Shown: in pieces, positions 28,470 through 38,019 of the stretch
Layout of the letters: each line of letters starts with the position of its first letter
Position numbering within the stretch: position 1 is the first letter of the stretch
Assembly: GCA_965205015.1 (NCBI GenBank)
Contig: OZ242029.1
Location: 736,001 to 800,000, forward strand
Origin: Candidatus Poribacteria bacterium
Lineage (GTDB): Bacteria > Poribacteria > WGA-4E > WGA-3G
Length of the DNA: 64,000 bases
Direction: 5' to 3'
The notes under the pieces: model-generated
Seen by the model: only the letters and a program-made list of their open reading frames with translations
Databases searched by the model: none
Told to the model about the DNA's origin: nothing
Program-made: the position numbers and the translations under genes

Positions 28470-28488
28470 ATTTTTAATTTTCCTTTTT

Positions 28489-29769
28489 TTAGGCGACTAT
28501 CGAGACAGGCACCCTGTGAATTACATTTCCAAGATAACCTTTGGGATTCCACGGTTGTGTGAAAGGCTGCGAGGCACCGGTATCGTCATACGCGCGTGCC
28601 CATATTTCATAGTAACCTCTGTTTGCAAAGGTGAGTTCGGTTTTCCAATGATACCACGCGTATCTGTTTGATGGCGGAATCAACCGGGTTTCTTGCCACT
28701 GAAGTCCGAAATCTGTAGAGACCATAACTTTATCAATCCGGTTTTCGCCTGCCCACGCGTGACCTCTCGCCTTTACAGGAACACCTATCCCAAATTCCAG
28801 ATGCGGCTCGGGACGGGTGATGAGCGACTTCACCCGCCATGCCGTCGCAATACGCATATCCTCGACCGGGGGTTTATCTCCAGGTGCTATCGGGTAAGCG
28901 GGGATGCGATAGGAATATCCGCTCATCTTCTCGGAGTCGTGAACCCTATCCCGTACCCAGATACGGTTGAGCCACTTTTGCATGGCACTGCCGATCCACC
29001 CTGGCACAATCAATCTCGCGGGGAACCCGTGGGCTGCCGGCAATACTTCTCCATTCATCTTAAGCGCGATGAGTGTGTGTTCATCCATCGCCTTCTCAAT
29101 CGGGATTCCTCGTGAGAAGGGTTCGCTGCCGTCATTGGGAACATCTTCGCCGTAGTTCCCAGTATAGACAGCACTCGTTTTCAGACCTGCGGCTTGCAGA
29201 ACATCGCGCAAGCGGACACCCGTCCATTCGCTACAAGCGACCGCGCCGCGTTGCCATGGGGTTCCACTCACCTCTGGGACAAAGAGGTTTCTCCCGTTTC
29301 CTGCACATTCCAATACGATTTCCAGGGTGACCTGCGGAAAACGCGAAAGGTCATCCATTGACAGTGCCAACGCTTTATGGACTTCGCCATCTATGACCAA
29401 TTTCCATCTCTGGAGATCTTTATTTACCGCTCGCTCTGGAACGCCACTGTTGTTACGGACGAAATGCCGCGCGGTTGGGGTAACGTCGTCGTTGAGGAGG
29501 TGCGGTGCGAACTCACCATTAAAAGGATTCTGCGAATGGACGAGCATATCCGACTTCGGGAGTCCTGCTTCTTGTGCTTCCATCAAGACAATCGGTGCGA
29601 GTCCCCTACCGAACAAACCTCGGTCAACGGCTTCACATCCTGCCCCAAACATTCCGAGACTCGCGAGGAGTGCCCCTCTGCCCAATTTGGCAAGAAAGTC
29701 CCGCCTCGTTGCATTAGGAACAGTTTCAAGCCGATCTGTAAAATTGGATTTATGCTCTGTTTTCTCCAT
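28489..29769 (-). CDS. Tat-exported sulfite oxidase family molybdoenzyme (SorA/SoxC-like)
   Basis: TRRDFL Tat motif, HFVRN, LECAGNGR, WTGVRLRDVL, HGFPARLIVPGWIG and C-terminal WNPKGY. Confidence 0.9.
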   Translation of the reverse strand: MEKTEHKSNFTDRLETVPNATRRDFLAKLGRGALLASLGMFGAGCEAVDRGLFGRGLAPIVLMEAQEAGLPKSDMLVHSQNPFNGEFAPHLLNDDVTPTARHFVRNNSGVPERAVNKDLQRWKLVIDGEVHKALALSMDDLSRFPQVTLEIVLECAGNGRNLFVPEVSGTPWQRGAVACSEWTGVRLRDVLQAAGLKTSAVYTGNYGEDVPNDGSEPFSRGIPIEKAMDEHTLIALKMNGEVLPAAHGFPARLIVPGWIGSAMQKWLNRIWVRDRVHDSEKMSGYSYRIPAYPIAPGDKPPVEDMRIATAWRVKSLITRPEPHLEFGIGVPVKARGHAWAGENRIDKVMVSTDFGLQWQETRLIPPSNRYAWYHWKTELTFANRGYYEIWARAYDDTGASQPFTQPWNPKGYLGNVIHRVPVSIVA

Positions 29770-29950
29770 AATTGGAATTCTATTTTACCAATACCTTCGC
29801 CAAAAAAGTTGACGAAATAGGACAATATCCTAAAGTTGTAGATGGACAAACTCAACTTAGAAAAGATATTTGCCCATGTTAGAGATTCTATCATTGTTCA
29901 GTGTTTTCAGTCCACATTTATCAACAGCGACCCCAGGGTCATTCAATTGT

Positions 29951-30002
29951 TAAATTGTCTGAATCGCGGATGACACGGATTATGCGGATTACGCGGACTT
30001 TT
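29951..30002 (+). repeat. AATTGTCTGAATC-(GGAT, 9-nt period) repeat family
   Basis: aattgtctgaatcgcggatgacacggattatgcggattacgcggactt; inverted copy at 36189-36237 and a variant at 1078-1114. Confidence 0.7.
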
Positions 30003-30057
30003 AAGTCGCTACTCTCCAGACCCCTTATGAAATTTGGGGAATTTCACGGAGAATTGA

Positions 30058-30330
30058 ATGGCTCTGACAGCGCCCTTCGTCAGTAATGCCGCAAATCTCT
30101 CAATGTTTATGGTCAATGTCGCGGCGAAACTCAAAACCGTCTTTGGAGCAGAACAGACCGGGTTTAGGATTTTAGACCTCAAAGCACGCTACCGAGGGAG
30201 GAAGTATTTACACGAGACCTTAAAAATACTTCCGCAAAAACCTGAAACTATTGTTATTAACGAAATCGCTGAACATCTCGGTGCCACCGGTGCTATTCAT
30301 TACACGCCACCTCAACTTAACCCTGGATAA
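30058..30330 (+). pseudogene. C-terminal fragment of a DDE transposase
   Basis: VSNAANLSMFMVNV...ILDLKARYRGRKYLHETLKILPQKP...LGATGAIH resembles the C-terminus of IS4-like transposases as recalled; no catalytic N-terminal part. Confidence 0.6.
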
Positions 30331-31963
30331 TTGGCAAAGCATTGAGCGACAATATGTTTTTTATTTTTTCTATTAATTCACCAAAACAACTTTCTAAATC
30401 CTCATCCGATATATTGCTAAGTATTTCTGTCTCAAACTTAGGTTTACTTCTTACCTTCTTGTTTGAATGCATTATTGCACATGAATCATTACTTTGCATA
30501 ATTTTATCTACCAATACACACGGGAAAATAGATTCAATACCCGTTTCAATGCTATTATTTTTATTCAACTTGAATAAAAATACATTTCTTTTCAGATCTG
30601 GTATGTCGTCATTCTCATTTATTTCTATTTCTGGATCTAATACGCCTAATATACTTGGAACCACTTTTGGATTATCCTGATCTATAGATTTAATCCTTTC
30701 TAATCTAAGACATTGCTTTACATTTGGACTCCCGCCAACAGAGATAATACTAATATATTTTAGTAATTCTTTATCTAATTTTGTTATAGCATATTCTATA
30801 TATCTCTTGTCTGTTTTACCCTCTACATAAACTATAAGCGATTTTTGATCATTTATAGCTTGTCTAATCAACTTAATCATAGGCATATTAGAAGGAGGTA
30901 TTTGAGAAAACTCTTTTACGAACATTCTTTGTTCTTCTTCGTTTAATTGACTTTCGGTTTTCACCATCAGAGACTCAACAGATTGATTTACACAATATAA
31001 CATATTTTCTTGATATAAGTACGGCGAATGCGTGGTATAAATAATTTGTGAATTGCGGCTTATATCCTTTAGTACCTTCACAATATCAGTATGTAAAGTA
31101 GGATTAATATTAGCAAACGGCTCATCCAAAATAAAGAAAAATCGTTCGTCATTTAGAATATAACTAATAAGAGTTAAAAGTGTTCTTAGACCGTCAGATT
31201 CATTATATAACATCGTATCCGTAGAGAATTTACTATCATTTAATAATCGGTATCTAACATTGAAATGCACATAAACTGAAGTTTCAAAATCACGAAACAT
31301 GACGGGAAGATTAGTATGAGTTACAGAAAACTTTATTAAAAATTCATAATGCCTCCCTAAAGATTCGGAAAAATAACTATTAAATATTTCTGTTAAATTT
31401 TCTGATATTTTTTTAGTATAATTATTATGTAGTTCTGAAGAATCAATACTTAGTATATCTTTCATACTTAAATCTACAGAAGACAAAATATTTAACCAAG
31501 CATTATAAGTTTGAATTTCACCTTTCTCCTCTATAGTATCCGAACCTTTCTTCTCTATAATATCCGATATACATTGTGAAGGCGTTAAATCACGTTTTTT
31601 ATAATGTATTACGGTATTTCCTATTTGATGACAGAAACCCAAAGCACGAGAATAAATGGGTAAAATATTGTCTACGAGATTTGGACTTATTTCATTTTCA
31701 CACCTTATATTACCCATTCTTTTTATAGTTCTACCATCTTCAAGATTTAATATACAGTTTATTCTTCCGCCTTGCGAAGAACCAATTTTAGTATTGTCTC
31801 CTGCATCAAATGGATCCTGAAGTAGAGTCGATTTGATTGCTTCAACTATTGTACTTTTACCACTAGAGTTTAATCCAATAATGCCAGTCATGTTTTCTAA
31901 ATTAATATCACCAGTATTTCTAAATCCTTTATAGCTCTCAAGTCTAAAACTTTTTATTTTCAT
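30317..31963 (-). CDS. OLD-family ABC-ATPase + TOPRIM nuclease (putative anti-phage protein), AT-rich
   Basis: Walker A GLNSSGKST, signature-like ESDGLR, Walker B FFILDEP, H-loop TTHSPY, TOPRIM IVYVEGKTD and SVGG; visibly much more AT-rich than the flanks. Confidence 0.8.
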   Translation of the reverse strand: MKIKSFRLESYKGFRNTGDINLENMTGIIGLNSSGKSTIVEAIKSTLLQDPFDAGDNTKIGSSQGGRINCILNLEDGRTIKRMGNIRCENEISPNLVDNILPIYSRALGFCHQIGNTVIHYKKRDLTPSQCISDIIEKKGSDTIEEKGEIQTYNAWLNILSSVDLSMKDILSIDSSELHNNYTKKISENLTEIFNSYFSESLGRHYEFLIKFSVTHTNLPVMFRDFETSVYVHFNVRYRLLNDSKFSTDTMLYNESDGLRTLLTLISYILNDERFFFILDEPFANINPTLHTDIVKVLKDISRNSQIIYTTHSPYLYQENMLYCVNQSVESLMVKTESQLNEEEQRMFVKEFSQIPPSNMPMIKLIRQAINDQKSLIVYVEGKTDKRYIEYAITKLDKELLKYISIISVGGSPNVKQCLRLERIKSIDQDNPKVVPSILGVLDPEIEINENDDIPDLKRNVFLFKLNKNNSIETGIESIFPCVLVDKIMQSNDSCAIMHSNKKVRSKPKFETEILSNISDEDLESCFGELIEKIKNILSLNALPIIQG

Positions 31964-31992
31964 TTTATTTATCTCTGTACTGTAGTGCATTT

Positions 31993-32056
31993 GCCCCGCT
32001 GGGGCTTACCTTGGGGTTGACAGCATTTCTATACACATTTCGCCTCGCTGGGGCTA
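31993..32056 (+). repeat. GCCYCGCTGGGGCT short palindromic repeats
   Basis: Copies at 31993 and 32042; related sequence near 45857. Confidence 0.55.
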
Positions 32057-32101
32057 AAACATAGGGTTTCTGACCTATAAATATATCACCTTGTATCCGT
32101 T

Positions 32102-35100
32102 TTATCCGTCTTTCTTAAGTTTTTCCCATTCCTTTTCAAGATTGCACCGGGATTTCTTGCCGCCATGGATACTCGGTTCGGCACACAACAATTCTCGGAG
32201 GCGATGCATGGCGTTGTGTGCATCTTCAGTTGTGATGCCCAACACCTCGCTTAGCAAAAGATGATCAAGTTCGTGACGCACTGGATCGTGATTTATCTCA
32301 TTGAAGGGCAACATTCGTTGATGCTTCAAATCGTGAAAGATGCGTTCAGCGTTCGCCAATGCTCCATCTGACAGACAGCGTACATCCAGTGTGGGCATTT
32401 GCAGTAAGGCAGTTCTCGAACTTACACCTCTTCCGGGATACTGTTTGCAGCTATACGCCCATTGGATCAAAAAACCTAATGTTGAATTGCCCCAGAGCGT
32501 CCAGATATAATCGTAAATCCGCTTTTTTAACACAACATTGGGCAACGAATTTATCCCAAGAGCCGGCTTTTCCGTGAAGAGGACGCCAAGAGAGTTGGCA
32601 TTGAAGCCTATCATAACGTTAAAGTGAATACGTCCGTTACGAGTGAGGATAGCTTGTGCTTTATCATGCCGGTTGGGACGTTTGATGAGATGACAATCTG
32701 GTTCAACTATCATTGCCCTTTGTGTCGGGGCATTTACATGCCACAATCCCGGATGTAAGTCGGTATTAGTGTAACTTTTTTCCACATCAAACGCGCCTCG
32801 TTCTCCTGCCTCATGGATATCCCGATGATGTGCGCTCACCTTTGCAATATCCCCTACGCTGCACATTCGAATTTCTAACGGGTTTACTTGTGTTGGCAGC
32901 CACATCTCACCTTTTGCTAAACGATATGCGGATTGAATTAACGCCATTTCCTTTATACGAACCGCATCCCATGCCCTATCTATCTGTAATGGACAGTTGA
33001 GAACATGTCCAACGGAACTGTCTCCAACTTTAAGTAAATCACCTCCACTTGGCTCATCTTCTAATCGTCGCAAGTTGTCAAGTCTATGTGTGGTATTAGC
33101 TATTTCAAATGACTCTATTACGCTCTGAGGTCGGTGATTCAGGGATATAAATATTCCTCGTCCAGTGTTATTAACCTTCTGCCCCTTAGTTGCTACCACC
33201 ATACACTCTGCTATAGTTGTATCTGCTGAGAACGCGCAGTTTTCACCTTTGGCATCCGCTATAGTAATCACGACTACGTCGTGGTATTCAGTTGCCCACA
33301 TGTTCCGTACCTTTTTCCAATGTGGAGAAACAAGACAGGCAATAGGTAAGATAAAACCCATTTTACTATGCCCATTGTTCTTCAGCATCTTGTCTGCGAG
33401 GTCAACAAAGTCAGAAGCAAGTCCAGCGTTCCCATCCCCAATCCGCCAGTCTTTTTGCACTCGTGCCTTCCGCATTTTCTGTTCTTCTTCTTTCTCCCTG
33501 CCGCTTCCTTTGAATACGGCTTTAGGTGTACCACTGCTTGCATCGGAATCTGGTCTCGTAAACGGTGGATTTAGGACAACAATATCAAATTCATTATGGC
33601 GGAATTCATGTTGTGTAATTACCTCTGCATCCCCTTCTCCGCCGACTTGTTGGATTTCGATACCCATCATTGGAAGAGGAGGCGTTTCTTCAGGGGCATC
33701 AACAAGATCCAGTGCGCCGAGGGCGTAACTCCCATCTCTCTGTTTGCCATAGGGCATCGTGTGGATTCGGGTGTTACCGATTTTCAAGTCAGGGTAAATG
33801 CTCGTCAGAAGGGAGGCGGTGAGGTGACTGGCGTTCGGCATAACATCGCAGCCAACGAGATTCTTCTCCACCATCTGGGTGTGAATGCGGCTACCTTTGC
33901 CACCAGCTTGCTCGTGCAGTTCGAGGATACGCTGGTAAACACCGTTGAGAAGCGAACCCGTCCCGCATGCAAAATCCGCCACCTTCAATTCGCTCACATT
34001 CTCTTGCGTTTTGGGAAGGACTAAGGCAGACAACAACGCAACAGATTCAAGGCGTGTGTAGTTCGCTTTAACATACTTTCTATCAACGATAAGGCGTTGG
34101 AAAACGGTTCCGGCGAGTTCATGAACCTGTGTGAGTCGCTGGTCAACCAACTCCTTCGCGGTATCACAGAGGGTTGCCAGTACCCTATCAACGAGCTCAT
34201 CATCAGTTGCAATTGCCGCTATGAGCCGTTTGGCAACATGGAAAATTGGACGGTAATTTACCTTAAGAATGATGTCCCACCCCGCGATGACCTGTTCGTA
34301 GCGCAGCCGTTTCGCATTGTCAGATAGCATCCGTTTGAGGGACATAACCTTTTTCATTTCAGGTTTACCCGCGAGAACACTTTGGAATACAAATGCGTTG
34401 GTGATGATAAGCATCGCCATTCGTGAGGTTTGTTCACCAGTTTTCTGAAAAAGGATCGTCTCAATTTCTGTTCCGATGCCGGGACGTTCTTTAATCGCGG
34501 TTTCAAGCTGCTGCGCGGCGATTTCTATCCGTTTTTCCAACAAATCGGCGGCGGCATCTATTTTAGAAATGGGAGTTGCTCTGACGCGGATAGCCGTTGC
34601 AATGTCGGCGACACTACCTTTCAACCAACCGCTTTGCGGGAAAGATTCGGGTTCTACTTCGTTATCAGGTTCTGGTTCGGCGATGAATAGAACCTGATCG
34701 GCTTCCGGTTCGCGCTCTGGTTCCGATTTATTGAGAAGTATGTAGGCGATGTCCTCTGCCCTCTGCATCTCCGACTCAATTTTATCTTGGGGCATCGTTC
34801 TAAATCGGGCAGGCATGCGGACGCGCAGAACGTTCTCAATGGTATTGTAGGTGAGTTCCGCAAAGATACTCGGATCGAGAAGCATTCCGAAATGTGCTTC
34901 TGCCTGTATTTCACCTGAAAGATTTGGCGTGTCTCCATCAATTTTCACCTCAATGACGATAGGATTTCGCCCCGATTCGGTGACAATTGCGTCAGGCTTT
35001 TTTGCAGCATTGAGAAATGGTCTTGTAATTTGCTCGTTGATACTCCACGCATCCCGCATGTGACGGAGTATATTTACAAACACCGTTGTAATGGTATTTT

Positions 35101-35113
35101 CACTGTTTGCCAT
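32102..35113 (-). CDS. type IIG/IIL-like fused restriction endonuclease-N6-adenine methyltransferase
   Basis: N-terminal PD-(D/E)xK (KPDAIV...IEVK), motif I VADFACGTG, motif IV VLNPPF, C-terminal TRD-like region; 1003 aa. Confidence 0.85.
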   Translation of the reverse strand: MANSENTITTVFVNILRHMRDAWSINEQITRPFLNAAKKPDAIVTESGRNPIVIEVKIDGDTPNLSGEIQAEAHFGMLLDPSIFAELTYNTIENVLRVRMPARFRTMPQDKIESEMQRAEDIAYILLNKSEPEREPEADQVLFIAEPEPDNEVEPESFPQSGWLKGSVADIATAIRVRATPISKIDAAADLLEKRIEIAAQQLETAIKERPGIGTEIETILFQKTGEQTSRMAMLIITNAFVFQSVLAGKPEMKKVMSLKRMLSDNAKRLRYEQVIAGWDIILKVNYRPIFHVAKRLIAAIATDDELVDRVLATLCDTAKELVDQRLTQVHELAGTVFQRLIVDRKYVKANYTRLESVALLSALVLPKTQENVSELKVADFACGTGSLLNGVYQRILELHEQAGGKGSRIHTQMVEKNLVGCDVMPNASHLTASLLTSIYPDLKIGNTRIHTMPYGKQRDGSYALGALDLVDAPEETPPLPMMGIEIQQVGGEGDAEVITQHEFRHNEFDIVVLNPPFTRPDSDASSGTPKAVFKGSGREKEEEQKMRKARVQKDWRIGDGNAGLASDFVDLADKMLKNNGHSKMGFILPIACLVSPHWKKVRNMWATEYHDVVVITIADAKGENCAFSADTTIAECMVVATKGQKVNNTGRGIFISLNHRPQSVIESFEIANTTHRLDNLRRLEDEPSGGDLLKVGDSSVGHVLNCPLQIDRAWDAVRIKEMALIQSAYRLAKGEMWLPTQVNPLEIRMCSVGDIAKVSAHHRDIHEAGERGAFDVEKSYTNTDLHPGLWHVNAPTQRAMIVEPDCHLIKRPNRHDKAQAILTRNGRIHFNVMIGFNANSLGVLFTEKPALGINSLPNVVLKKRIYDYIWTLWGNSTLGFLIQWAYSCKQYPGRGVSSRTALLQMPTLDVRCLSDGALANAERIFHDLKHQRMLPFNEINHDPVRHELDHLLLSEVLGITTEDAHNAMHRLRELLCAEPSIHGGKKSRCNLEKEWEKLKKDG

Positions 35114-35513
35114 AAGTTAGAGTTGTCAGTCACTGAACTGGTTTTCAGAAAAATCCATGCTTCTTACGCAGAACTGAAGCCTGATAAGTCCTTGTAGGAG
35201 GGTTTGATAAACCAGACCTTTCTATTCGCGATTAATAACCCTTCGCACAAAAGGGACACACTTCAAACAATAACGATAATACACAAGCACAACCTAATAA
35301 CGTGAGATCGGCTAAACTTTAATCTATAACCCAATCGGTGCTGTAAACACTTCTACCCGCCTTTATCCCCCGCAAGCGCGGATAGGAAATGCGCACGCAT
35401 ATATGCACAATGTAAAAGATCATACTACAAAGGTGGCAACTTAAGGTTATAAATAGAACTACTAGGAACCTATCCTAAAATTCAAACAAGTCGAAGTACG
35501 AGTGCTTGTCCTT

Positions 35514-35945
35514 TTAAAGTTGCATTGTTTTGTACACTGCTTCAAGAACAGCATTCCACTTTGAATACTCGAAAACAGGTTGTATGGCAAAATTCTTGTA
35601 ATCCTCAGTTGTCGGTTTTCTTTTCAATTTCTCAGTCAGCATTTCCAATAGATACGCGCCGGGATTTCCGGTCGACTTAATTACGACAGCTGTCAGACGT
35701 GGTATCCTTTCTCCCCAATCTTTTTCTATCTGATAAATCGTCTTTGATATACTACCGCATACTGCTCCCATCTTGCGTGGACTACCATATTTTATTGCGT
35801 CAGCCAAATCACCAAAATTTATAGTTCGCTTCTCAATTGCTGCCTTCACAACGATTGGCAAAGCCTTACGGGCATACGGTTGATACCAGTGTGCTTCACC
35901 ATACATATTCTCATATTTCGCTTCTTTGTTATTTAACATGCTCAT
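35514..35945 (-). CDS. hypothetical protein (possible winged-helix DNA-binding protein)
   Basis: 143-aa AT-rich ORF with AGGA RBS; 'TINFGDLADAI...MGAVCGSI...PRLTAVVIKSTGNPG' pattern. Confidence 0.6.
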   Translation of the reverse strand: MSMLNNKEAKYENMYGEAHWYQPYARKALPIVVKAAIEKRTINFGDLADAIKYGSPRKMGAVCGSISKTIYQIEKDWGERIPRLTAVVIKSTGNPGAYLLEMLTEKLKRKPTTEDYKNFAIQPVFEYSKWNAVLEAVYKTMQL

Positions 35946-35984
35946 GTATTATCCTACTTTCTAAATTGGTTCGATTAATAATAC

Positions 35985-36111
35985 AATCCTTAGGTTGCTT
36001 TGTATAGCATTAAGGAAGGGTTGTGTTTTGTTCGTTGACACCTCACGACTCTCGCATGTGACGGAGTATACTTACAAACACCGTTGTAATGGTATTTTCA
36101 CTGTTTGCCAT
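35985..36111 (-). pseudogene. degenerate duplicate of the 5' end of the type IIG R-M gene
   Basis: 36053-36113 matches 35055-35115 with one mismatch. Reads MANSENTITTVFVSILRHMRES-stop (TGG to TGA), then GVNEQNT and a frameshift. AGGAG RBS present. Confidence 0.8.
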
Positions 36112-36280
36112 AATCTCCTACGTTCGCTTTATTATTGAATTTCCAAGATTAGGCGCGGTAAATGAACGCTTCGTAACCCAAACCGACTAAAATCCGCGTC
36201 ATCCGATAAATCCGTGAAAATCCGCGATTCAGACAATAAACGCACACGCACAACCTAACAGGTTATGCTACAACAAGAAT

Positions 36281-37123
36281 CTACTCAAATAATCCGGCGT
36301 CGGGTTCGCCGCGATAGAGGACAACGCGATACCGCAGATTCAAGGTTTCATCGGATGCAAGATGGAGCGGCTCATAGTAAACGAGTGAGGGGTGGATTAA
36401 ACAGTAATTTTCTCGGTTGCGCACCCACCACGTCGTCGGATACCGAGGATTATCGGGGTGATCGACAATGGCAACCCCGTAGGTTTTGTCGTCAGTGGGA
36501 TGTTGCGAAGTGAAACTGCACCACCGGCTCTGCTTGCCAAAGATGTCCATCGGTTCAGTGCGTCCATCGGCATCCAACAGGTGCCCCGGTGTGATGATAT
36601 TGTCAAATCGGATCGCCATGCCGCTGTAGAATCTGCCGTCTGCCCCGGGTTCACCGCGCCGCAGATCCAAGACGACATCGCGCTTGTTCGGCTGCAACGT
36701 CAATGACACGGAAATCTGCATCGCATCCGCTGTCGGTCGATGAACGACTATCTCCCGTTGCTCGGTTAGATGCGTCGTGCCTTGCCAATCTATCCATGCG
36801 TTCTCTGTCGTTAAATTTGCGCTGTCGGCATCCGCACTTTGCGCGACAACCCGCTGATGGACGATTTTGCCGAAACCTGTTGGGTCGCTACCGGGTGCCG
36901 GTTGTTCCCAGAAATTGACGTCGTTGACCTTCTTCCATGCGACCCATAGACCTTGATGGTGGACGTGGTCCCCAGGTTCGTTCATCGTGAGTGGCGGGGC
37001 ACCGGGCAAATTTAACGGGTGGCAAAAGGGACGGTTGCCGTCTTCTGGAAAATGGTAACCTAAGACCTGTTGTCCGCCCCAAGTGATCGTTAAATTGTCT
37101 TGTGTTTGTGAGAGTGAAAACAT
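36281..37123 (-). CDS. PmoA-like/DUF6807 family protein
   Basis: RPFCHPL, DHVHHQGLW, VNFWE and DHPDNPRYPTTWWVR motifs; start moved to the ATG just after the upstream stop. Confidence 0.75.
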   Translation of the reverse strand: MFSLSQTQDNLTITWGGQQVLGYHFPEDGNRPFCHPLNLPGAPPLTMNEPGDHVHHQGLWVAWKKVNDVNFWEQPAPGSDPTGFGKIVHQRVVAQSADADSANLTTENAWIDWQGTTHLTEQREIVVHRPTADAMQISVSLTLQPNKRDVVLDLRRGEPGADGRFYSGMAIRFDNIITPGHLLDADGRTEPMDIFGKQSRWCSFTSQHPTDDKTYGVAIVDHPDNPRYPTTWWVRNRENYCLIHPSLVYYEPLHLASDETLNLRYRVVLYRGEPDAGLFE

Positions 37124-37127
37124 ATTT

Positions 37128-37913
37128 TTATCCGTAATCTTGCTCTGCCTGATAACCCTGTTGTGCGAGCGCAGTAGATACAGATGTCCAGACAGTGCGT
37201 GCTTGTTCAACAGCCTTGGAGGCCTCTGCTTTGGTGGCTTCTCGCATCTTCTCTGGGTAGCGGGCTTCAACTGCCCATGTGTTTAGGTCATCCAAGTTTG
37301 GCAGTGCGGTTTTGAGTTGCCAGCTATCAGGCAACAGATCTCGTAGAATATTTAAGTCATGTGTTCTCCGAAAATCGATCTGTAAGAAAATTAATGCTGC
37401 TTTTAAAGCCTTTTCAGCAGCTTGTTGCGCGTGCCAACAGATTTGGCGAGGTGGAACATTTGGATGCCCTAAAAAGGTTTCAGCTGTTGTTAAGTCTTCC
37501 TCTGCATAGCGGAGCCAGCGGGCGGTATCTTCGAGCCTATCAGCTGTTTGCATAGCGGACTGTACCCCCTTGTCGGGCATACGGAAACGTGCGGTTGCGT
37601 CCCAATTCTTCCAAAGGACTTTACCCTCTTGTTGGGCATACCGCAGCACTGATCCGATTCGTGTGCGACTGCGTTCCAGCTCTTCCGGTGTTGATACAAT
37701 GATGTCCTTTGCCACAGGCACATCAGATAGTGCGCGCCCAATGTCAATCGCAGTTCTCCGTTTATCCGTGAGTTCCTCGAAAACCACAAGCAGATCTATA
37801 TCGCTATGCCGATCTGCCTCTCCACGCGCCTGTGAACCGAAGAGGATAATCTGTAGCGGGTCAAACTCACGCACAATGCGGTCTGTCATGATTGAGATGA
37901 ATTCGTTATTCAT
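37128..37913 (-). CDS. fused minimal nucleotidyltransferase (MNT) + HEPN domain protein
   Basis: IILFGSQARG...SDIDLLVV, then WLRYAEEDL...CWHAQQAAEKALKA...RTHDL...ARYP, in one continuous frame. Confidence 0.88.
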   Translation of the reverse strand: MNNEFISIMTDRIVREFDPLQIILFGSQARGEADRHSDIDLLVVFEELTDKRRTAIDIGRALSDVPVAKDIIVSTPEELERSRTRIGSVLRYAQQEGKVLWKNWDATARFRMPDKGVQSAMQTADRLEDTARWLRYAEEDLTTAETFLGHPNVPPRQICWHAQQAAEKALKAALIFLQIDFRRTHDLNILRDLLPDSWQLKTALPNLDDLNTWAVEARYPEKMREATKAEASKAVEQARTVWTSVSTALAQQGYQAEQDYG

Positions 37914-38019
37914 TTTATCTGTACTCTCCAATTTCCTACCTCGGTGCTTTTCCACGAACAAGTGATTCGCTGAGGTTATAGGAGTGTAACACCATCAAGC
38001 ACACACAAAAACGCCGCCT

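Noticed and set aside
30317-35113. Gabija or retron system
   Set aside because: No UvrD-like GajB, reverse transcriptase or msr/msd-like region is adjacent to the ATPase-TOPRIM gene.
36043-36045. In-frame TGA in the R-M 5' duplicate as selenocysteine
   Set aside because: It aligns with Trp (TGG) of the intact copy and is followed by a frameshift, so it is a nonsense mutation.
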